Shown in pieces: positions 26,640 through 32,000 of a DNA stretch of 32,000 bases. The position numbers and the translations under genes are program-made. Under the pieces are notes generated by a model that saw only the letters and a program-made list of their open reading frames with translations, was not told the DNA's origin and did not search any database. The DNA is taken from contig NZ_JAYKGW010000176.1 in assembly GCF_035285525.1 (NCBI RefSeq), positions 1-32,000 on the forward strand. The letters run 5' to 3'. This DNA is from Okeania sp. (lineage in GTDB: Bacteria > Cyanobacteriota > Cyanobacteriia > Cyanobacteriales > Microcoleaceae). Positions within the stretch are counted from its first letter, which is position 1, and each line of letters starts with the position of its first letter.

Positions 26640-27671
26640 ATGAATAAGTTAGTCCATTACTTTGAAAGAAATGCTAAATTCATAATAGTCCTGATATTAT
26701 TTCTCTTTTCAGTTGCTTTAATATTCCTTCCTAAACCACCTAAAAATCTAAATGACTGGATATTAATTTTGAATAATATTGGATTTAACCTCTTAGGTGC
26801 TGTAATCGCCTTTTTGGTTTTTCAAGTAATTGTTGAAGGAATAAATAAATTAGGTGAACAACGTGGGGTTAAAATTGATGCTCTAAACAAAGATGATTTT
26901 ATTAAAAAAGTAATCAAGTCTAAGAATACGGTGAGAATTATGGAAACCTGGACTGATTTACTTAGTTCTAATCAATTTTTAACGACTTTTAGTGATGCTA
27001 TAGAAGCATCAGTCAGGAACAATAATACTATATTTGAAATTTTATTACTAAATCCAGAAGATACTTATTTAGTGAAAAGACGTCAAGAAGATTTATCCAA
27101 TAATGAAGATGTTGAAATAAACATTTATCGAAGCATAAGTACAATTCAAAAAATACTCCAAAACTTGGGGAATATGGGTAAAAATTTTCAAGTCAAACTG
27201 TACAGTAGAAATCCATCTCTAGCTATTTACATGAATGACGACGATCTCTTTTTAACTTTTTTTAGAGCTAATCTTAACACTTCTCAGGGAGAGCAGTTAA
27301 AGCTTCCTAGAAACTCAACTATTGGAACGTTTATTATTGAGGAGATGTTTTATGAAATATGGGAAGATACAAAGAATACGAAAGACCTTAACAATATAGT
27401 TTTTTACTGTATTAATATTAACAATAAACTCTATGATGTAAAATATATTTTTCAAGAAAATGTTTTCTATATTCAGAGTTCAGATTTAACAACTGATAGT
27501 ATCAACAACAATATTTTCCAGGACACTATTATTGAGGTAGATGATCAACAATACAAATTAACACCAGAAGCAAAAAGGAAAGAAGATTTACCTCTTAGGG
27601 TTCAAGAACTTTTTGATAATAAATATCCGACAACAGAAGATATTTTCTTTGAATTAATTAAGTTGAGATAG
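26640..27671 (+). CDS. Hypothetical 2-TM membrane protein with a large unassigned cytoplasmic domain
   Basis: 343 aa. Two N-terminal helices (FIIVLILFLFSVALIFL; ILILNNIGFNLLGAVIAFLVFQVIV). The soluble part has alternating beta/alpha-like segments (VRIMETW.., FEILLLNPE.., VKLYSRNPSLAIYMNDDDLFLTFF). The gene is very A+T rich by eye. Confidence 0.7.
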   Translation: MNKLVHYFERNAKFIIVLILFLFSVALIFLPKPPKNLNDWILILNNIGFNLLGAVIAFLVFQVIVEGINKLGEQRGVKIDALNKDDFIKKVIKSKNTVRIMETWTDLLSSNQFLTTFSDAIEASVRNNNTIFEILLLNPEDTYLVKRRQEDLSNNEDVEINIYRSISTIQKILQNLGNMGKNFQVKLYSRNPSLAIYMNDDDLFLTFFRANLNTSQGEQLKLPRNSTIGTFIIEEMFYEIWEDTKNTKDLNNIVFYCININNKLYDVKYIFQENVFYIQSSDLTTDSINNNIFQDTIIEVDDQQYKLTPEAKRKEDLPLRVQELFDNKYPTTEDIFFELIKLR

Positions 27672-27678
27672 ATGAACT

Positions 27679-28986
27679 TCAGCTATCAAGTTCAATTTTT
27701 GAAATATTAATCATCCTTCTAAAATTATCATAGGATTTACCTGAATTAATCAGATAATTTACCTTAGATATACATTCTTGAATCTGTTCTATCAAGTCTT
27801 TTTCTTTTAGTAAAAAAGCATTATTTGCTACAAGTATAGATGCTGCATTGGCAAGAATAAAATCTCTTTTACCTTGGATTTCATAAGTATTTTCATTGGT
27901 TAAAATTCTATAAAATAAATCCCTTTCAGTTTCAATTTCTTTCTGTTCCTCTATTTGGTTTATTGGTACTCTTTTAAGCGAGATATCTTCAGGAGAAAAT
28001 TCCAGTATTTTGATGCTATCTAAATCAATTTTAATCAATAGGTTATTTGGTCTTTCTTCTTGAACATCTCGATAAGCATTTGATATCTCATCTATTCCTT
28101 CGTATGAGTGAACAATTATGCCTGTACTTCCTAGTTCTAAATATATGCCAATCACATAAGGCAGCATCCCTATATGAGATATACCAGTTGTATGGTTAAC
28201 TGGATTTAATAACTGTGCATTTGGAGCTATAATTTTAAATATATCTATTGAAATAGGCAAATCTAAATTTCTCACAGTTGAATGCCAATTATTTTGCTGA
28301 TTCTGATAATTATATTCTAAAGTTTTTAAGTTTTCTTCCCATAATTCTATTCTGGCTTGCTTAAGATTATTGGAGTAAGGAAAACCAAGCTCGCTTAAAG
28401 TAATATATGCAAAATTATACTTTTCTAAACTTTCATTTATAGCCTTGATATCTATCCCTTTTTCATTATACCCAAATGCTTTAATTGCTTGATAGCTTCC
28501 ATGCAAAGAAGTAACATTACCTGTACCAGTTTTACAAATTCTGATTAAAGGTGAAACTATAATTGAAGCCATAGTTGTTGCATGAATTGTTTTGATTAAA
28601 TCTCCTCCACTTCCAAAAGCATGATCGTGTAGTAACAACTTGAGATTATTATTGTTTTTATGAATATGACTTAAGGTCTTATTTCTAACATAATTAGTCA
28701 AAAAGTTTACTTGTCTGAAGCCAACCTTACCATTGCCTGGTGCTATTTCCAAAAGAGTATTTTTTATGCTTTCTACTTCTTCATTTGGATTGATACATTT
28801 CTCAAAATAATTAATCAGCTTTTTGTCACTTATCGGACTAATTATTGCTTCATTTTCTAAGAATTTCCTAAAAACATCTGCTATTGAACCAAGTTTATTT
28901 ATGACTTCATTATTTTTAAGGTTTAATTGCTGAGAATAAAGTAAACGAAAATCTTCTTTTTTTATTGTAATAGTCCGAGGTGTCAT
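27679..28986 (-). CDS. Highly divergent glycosyltransferase-family-3 fold protein (TrpD / thymidine phosphorylase / YbiB-like), orphan
   Basis: 435 aa. HAFGSGGDLIKTIHATTMASIIV..ICKTGTGNVTSLHGSYQAIKAFG parallels TrpD GTGGDG..NISTAAA...KHGNR..SS..GSADVLEALG. FKIIAPNAQLLNP parallels FN.LGPL.NP, IVHSYEGIDEIS parallels VVHG.DGLDEIS, and DFILANAASIL parallels D.VLLNAAAAL. Confidence 0.75.
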   Translation of the reverse strand: MTPRTITIKKEDFRLLYSQQLNLKNNEVINKLGSIADVFRKFLENEAIISPISDKKLINYFEKCINPNEEVESIKNTLLEIAPGNGKVGFRQVNFLTNYVRNKTLSHIHKNNNNLKLLLHDHAFGSGGDLIKTIHATTMASIIVSPLIRICKTGTGNVTSLHGSYQAIKAFGYNEKGIDIKAINESLEKYNFAYITLSELGFPYSNNLKQARIELWEENLKTLEYNYQNQQNNWHSTVRNLDLPISIDIFKIIAPNAQLLNPVNHTTGISHIGMLPYVIGIYLELGSTGIIVHSYEGIDEISNAYRDVQEERPNNLLIKIDLDSIKILEFSPEDISLKRVPINQIEEQKEIETERDLFYRILTNENTYEIQGKRDFILANAASILVANNAFLLKEKDLIEQIQECISKVNYLINSGKSYDNFRRMINISKIELDS

Positions 28987-29137
28987 ATCAACAAATTAAG
29001 TTTAAAGTATTTGATGAAATCTTTATTAAGAGCCACTACAGTGGGAGCATCTTCCTCCAGCACTAGATATTTCTTGTTTCCTGTATACCATTAAGTATGA
29101 AAGTATAATTAACAGAACTTGCCCAAAATATTAAATC

Positions 29138-29256
29138 ACCAAAAAATTAGGGTATGTGCTTCCCCTTTTAAGGAGATGAAAAAAATATTTAACTTCAGCA
29201 TTTTCAACCTCCGAGTTTAGTCGGAGGTTCCCTCTCTACTGATAACTGATAACTGA
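29138..29256. repeat. ~130-bp hairpin + (GATAACT)n repeat, copy 2
   Basis: Aligns with 18964-19100. It contains a perfect 9-bp stem, aacctccga-gtttag-tcggaggtt (29206-29229). Confidence 0.75.
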
Positions 29257-29680
29257 AATAACACACTACTTGTAAAAGTTAACAGTCGTTAACCCCTGCT
29301 AGATATGCTTGTTTTAGGTCAGTCCTGGTTAATTTTATATACAGCTATTTCAGACTAATGATGTACAAGTTTAAAAAGTGAAATTATTGTAGCATAGGCA
29401 TCTTGCCTGTTAGCTGTGTACCTAATAGCAACGGGAAATACTCTAATTATTTAGGGACGGACAAAAAATTATTTAAATATATCTGGAATAACTAACCACC
29501 ATTTAGAAAAATATGTGATAATATGTGCCTCTAGTTATACTCATCATTATAAAAGTGGCCATTAGGATGTATAAATATAATGGTTATAGGTTAGTAATAT
29601 TCTATTCACCAATAACCACACAGGGTACATAGATATATCTGTCTTAATTTAGAGGATTCAATTAAAGTGTTAGGGTTGAT

Positions 29681-31795
29681 ATGAAAAATATATATTCAGA
29701 AAATCGTTTGTTCTTTCTCAAAGGTACCCAAATGGGAAAAAATCTTATGTTGCGTTGGTTACTACCCAGTATACTCAGCGTTTTTGTCTTAGGAGTTCCT
29801 TCTGAAGCAACAACTCTAGAATCTTGGCGCTTTGAACAGGATCGGAACCAATTGTCCTTTACCACACAAGGTGGTGTTCAGCCAAAAGCCCAATTAGTTA
29901 ATAACCCAACTCGATTAATTATAGACTTGCCAGGAACAACTTTAGGTGGTGTCCAGACTTCCCAAGTTGTCGGTGGGGCAATTAAAGCAATTAGAGTAGG
30001 ACAATTTAATCCGGAAACAGCTCGAATAGTAGTAGAACTAAATAATGGTTATACTATTGACCCAAAAGAAGTAGAATTTCAGGGGATTTCTTCTAGCAGA
30101 TGGAATGTACAAATACCAACACCTAAACTAATTACTTCCACTACAAATATTGATATTGCACCTCAGTCTTCTCCCTCACCATCTCAAAATTCCCAACCTT
30201 TACGTCGTCCACCATCTCAAAATTCCCAATCTTCAATTCTACTGCCTCCACGTTCACCCTCTCCTCCTCGCAGAATAGAAAGGTCAATCAATCAAAATAG
30301 ACCAAAACCTAATAATACTCTTTCCTCCAATTCAACTGCTACTAATGGGACATCTACTCTTGTACAAGATATCGAAGTAACAAAAGAGGGAATAGTTCTC
30401 AAAACAAGTGGTAAATTACCAGAAATTGAGCTGAAGCAGAGCAAAGACCGCAACTGGATGACCATTGATGTTCTTAATGCTACTTTAACTATCAAAAATT
30501 TCCAGCAAAATCAAAAGTTTGATGAGTTTGGATTAACAATTACTCGACTAACTCAACATTCAACTTCACCAGCAGTAGTTCGTTTAACAATAAAGTTCCC
30601 AGATAAAAAGACTAAATGGCAAGCTCGTGCTTATATGGGAGGAATAGCATTATGGCCTGAAGGAGAAGCACCACCGACAATTAATCAAGGTACTGGTTTT
30701 GCTCTAATTAACTCTCTGGAATTAAAAAATGGTAATGAATTAGTTATTACTGGAGATAAACCCCTAAATTATACCACTGGTTGGGATTCTGAAACAGATG
30801 CTTATGGAATTACTATATACAATGCTAAGGTAGATAGGCGATTTAGATTACCACCCCAAGAAGTTGGCAGTCCTTTAGTCTGGACAAAAATACGTCAGGA
30901 AGGTCCAGAAACAGTTTCAATTCTGGTTAAACCTGCTACTAACGTTAAAATTGCAGAAGTAACTCAGATTACTCCAGAAAAGTTATCTCTGGCAATGGGT
31001 TGGGGTAGTATCGGGAATGCACCTCCGGGTTGGAAGCCAAATCCTAGACCAGAATCTTCTAATACGAGACCTTCACCATTTCCCAGGAGAGAAAATTCAC
31101 CGCCTCAAAATTCTCGTGGAAACACTACTACAACGAGAAGATGGCCTTTCCCTCCCCCTCGTCGCAATACTCAACAGCCTAATACTAATAATAGTAGTTC
31201 TAATTCTCGTTTTGCCTTGCCTAATCAACTACCTCGACGTAATGGACGATTATTGATAGTGATAGACCCCGGACATGGGGGACCGACTGATTTGGGTGGG
31301 GTTGGTTTTAATGGTATACGGGAAAAGGATATTGTGTTGCCTATTTCATTAGAGGTAGCTAAAATTCTGGAGCAGAATAATATACAGGTGCTTCTGACTC
31401 GGGAGACAGACCGGGATTTGGATTTGCCACCACGAGCAGAATTTGCTAATCGGGTAGGAGCAGATTTATTTGTGAGTATTCATGCTAATGCTATTAGTAT
31501 GAGTCGTCCTGATGTAAATGGTTTAGAGACTTTTTATTATGAAAGTGGACTTGTTTTAGCACAGTATATTCAGAATAGTATGTTGCAAGCTTTTCCGACT
31601 ATGAATAATCGTGGTGTGAAGCAAGCCCGTTTTTATGTATTAAGAAAGACTGAGATGACTGCTGCTTTGGTAGAGGTCGGTTTTGTTACTGGTAATTATG
31701 ATTGGAGGATACTTGCAGATCCTGCTCAACGTAGTCGGATGGCGCAGGCGATCGCTCGTGGCATATTAGAATATGTTAAAGCTTATTCTCGATAA
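29681..31795 (+). CDS. amiC: N-acetylmuramoyl-L-alanine amidase, AmiC-type, with N-terminal AMIN domains (cell-wall/septal amidase)
   Basis: The C-terminal Amidase_3 domain has LIVIDPGHGG, FVSIHANA and ALVEVGFVTG. N-terminal AMIN modules (e.g. LESWRFEQDRNQLSFTT...RLIIDLPG...IKAIRVGQF...ARIVVEL) are separated by Pro/Ser/Asn/Gln-rich linkers. The real start is more likely the ATG at 29732 (MGKNLMLRWLLPSILSVFVLGVPSEA signal peptide). Confidence 0.88.
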   Translation: MKNIYSENRLFFLKGTQMGKNLMLRWLLPSILSVFVLGVPSEATTLESWRFEQDRNQLSFTTQGGVQPKAQLVNNPTRLIIDLPGTTLGGVQTSQVVGGAIKAIRVGQFNPETARIVVELNNGYTIDPKEVEFQGISSSRWNVQIPTPKLITSTTNIDIAPQSSPSPSQNSQPLRRPPSQNSQSSILLPPRSPSPPRRIERSINQNRPKPNNTLSSNSTATNGTSTLVQDIEVTKEGIVLKTSGKLPEIELKQSKDRNWMTIDVLNATLTIKNFQQNQKFDEFGLTITRLTQHSTSPAVVRLTIKFPDKKTKWQARAYMGGIALWPEGEAPPTINQGTGFALINSLELKNGNELVITGDKPLNYTTGWDSETDAYGITIYNAKVDRRFRLPPQEVGSPLVWTKIRQEGPETVSILVKPATNVKIAEVTQITPEKLSLAMGWGSIGNAPPGWKPNPRPESSNTRPSPFPRRENSPPQNSRGNTTTTRRWPFPPPRRNTQQPNTNNSSSNSRFALPNQLPRRNGRLLIVIDPGHGGPTDLGGVGFNGIREKDIVLPISLEVAKILEQNNIQVLLTRETDRDLDLPPRAEFANRVGADLFVSIHANAISMSRPDVNGLETFYYESGLVLAQYIQNSMLQAFPTMNNRGVKQARFYVLRKTEMTAALVEVGFVTGNYDWRILADPAQRSRMAQAIARGILEYVKAYSR

Positions 31796-31799
31796 TTTA

Positions 31800-31826
31800 G
31801 GGAGTAGGGAGTAGGGAGTAGGGAGT
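31800..31826. repeat. STRR-like heptamer tandem repeat (GGGAGTA)x~4
   Basis: gggagtagggagtagggagtagggagt lies directly after the amiC stop. Confidence 0.85.
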
Positions 31827-32000
31827 TCAGTAGTAGACTGACACACCTAGAATGGTGCATGAGGGTAGGGGCTGGTTTGAGCAGAAATTTTCATGGCGAA
31901 TCTAAGATTTAGATAAACCTGCCCCCGTTATATCAAATTCGCTGGTTTTGGAAAATAAGGTTCTACCATCAGAAAAGAGCTAAAACTCTTAGTTTGTAGA

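Noticed and set aside
29176-29220. Mini-ORF MKKIFNFSIFNLRV preceded by AAGGAG inside the ~130-bp repeat
   Set aside because: The equivalent position in the other copy (about 19002) reads MKKI-stop, so the reading frame is not conserved between copies.
29662-29865. 67-aa ORF antisense to the amiC start region
   Set aside because: It is a shadow ORF over the amiC signal-peptide region.
1-32000. tRNA, rRNA, tmRNA or RNase P genes
   Set aside because: I scanned for T-loop-like GGTTCGAATCC/GGTTCAAATCC variants on both strands and for rRNA-like conserved blocks. None was seen. This was by eye, so a divergent small RNA could have been missed.

Overview
This window looks like a chromosomal segment of a filamentous, Nostocales-type cyanobacterium. 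The evidence is about 17 HIP1 octamers (GCGATCGC) counted by eye, many STRR-like 7-9 nt tandem repeats, NDH-1/CO2-uptake genes (ndhD, cupB) and an AMIN-domain AmiC-type septal amidase. Housekeeping genes: a GyrA/ParC-family topoisomerase subunit, urease alpha subunit (ureC, no ureA/ureB nearby), PEP synthase (ppsA), ndhD, cupB, a GPH/MFS symporter, an S33-type alpha/beta hydrolase, a CheY-like receiver and a polytopic membrane protein. Every intergenic region holds small dispersed repeats or MITE-like elements from at least five families. There are several decayed genes: a 3'-truncated amidohydrolase reading into the gyrA-like 3' end, an FAD monooxygenase split by one in-frame TAG, and a UPF0175/DUF3368 toxin-antitoxin pair plus an XRE relic between ndhD and cupB. 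Two loci stand out. (1) At 26640-28986, an A+T-rich, HIP1-free, repeat-flanked convergent gene pair encodes a very divergent orphan TrpD/thymidine-phosphorylase-fold (glycosyltransferase family 3) protein and a 2-TM protein with an unassignable soluble domain. This is my best candidate for an undescribed accessory or conflict module. (2) At 10861-16326, two paralogous secreted LTXXQ-repeat (Spy/CpxP-like) proteins sit next to, and one divergent from, a membrane-embedded HisKA_3 kinase and NarL-type regulator. Both carry the same palindrome upstream, an arrangement like cpxP-cpxRA. No tRNA, rRNA or CRISPR array was found. All calls come from reading the sequence and ORF translations. No searches, GC calculations or fold predictions were run.
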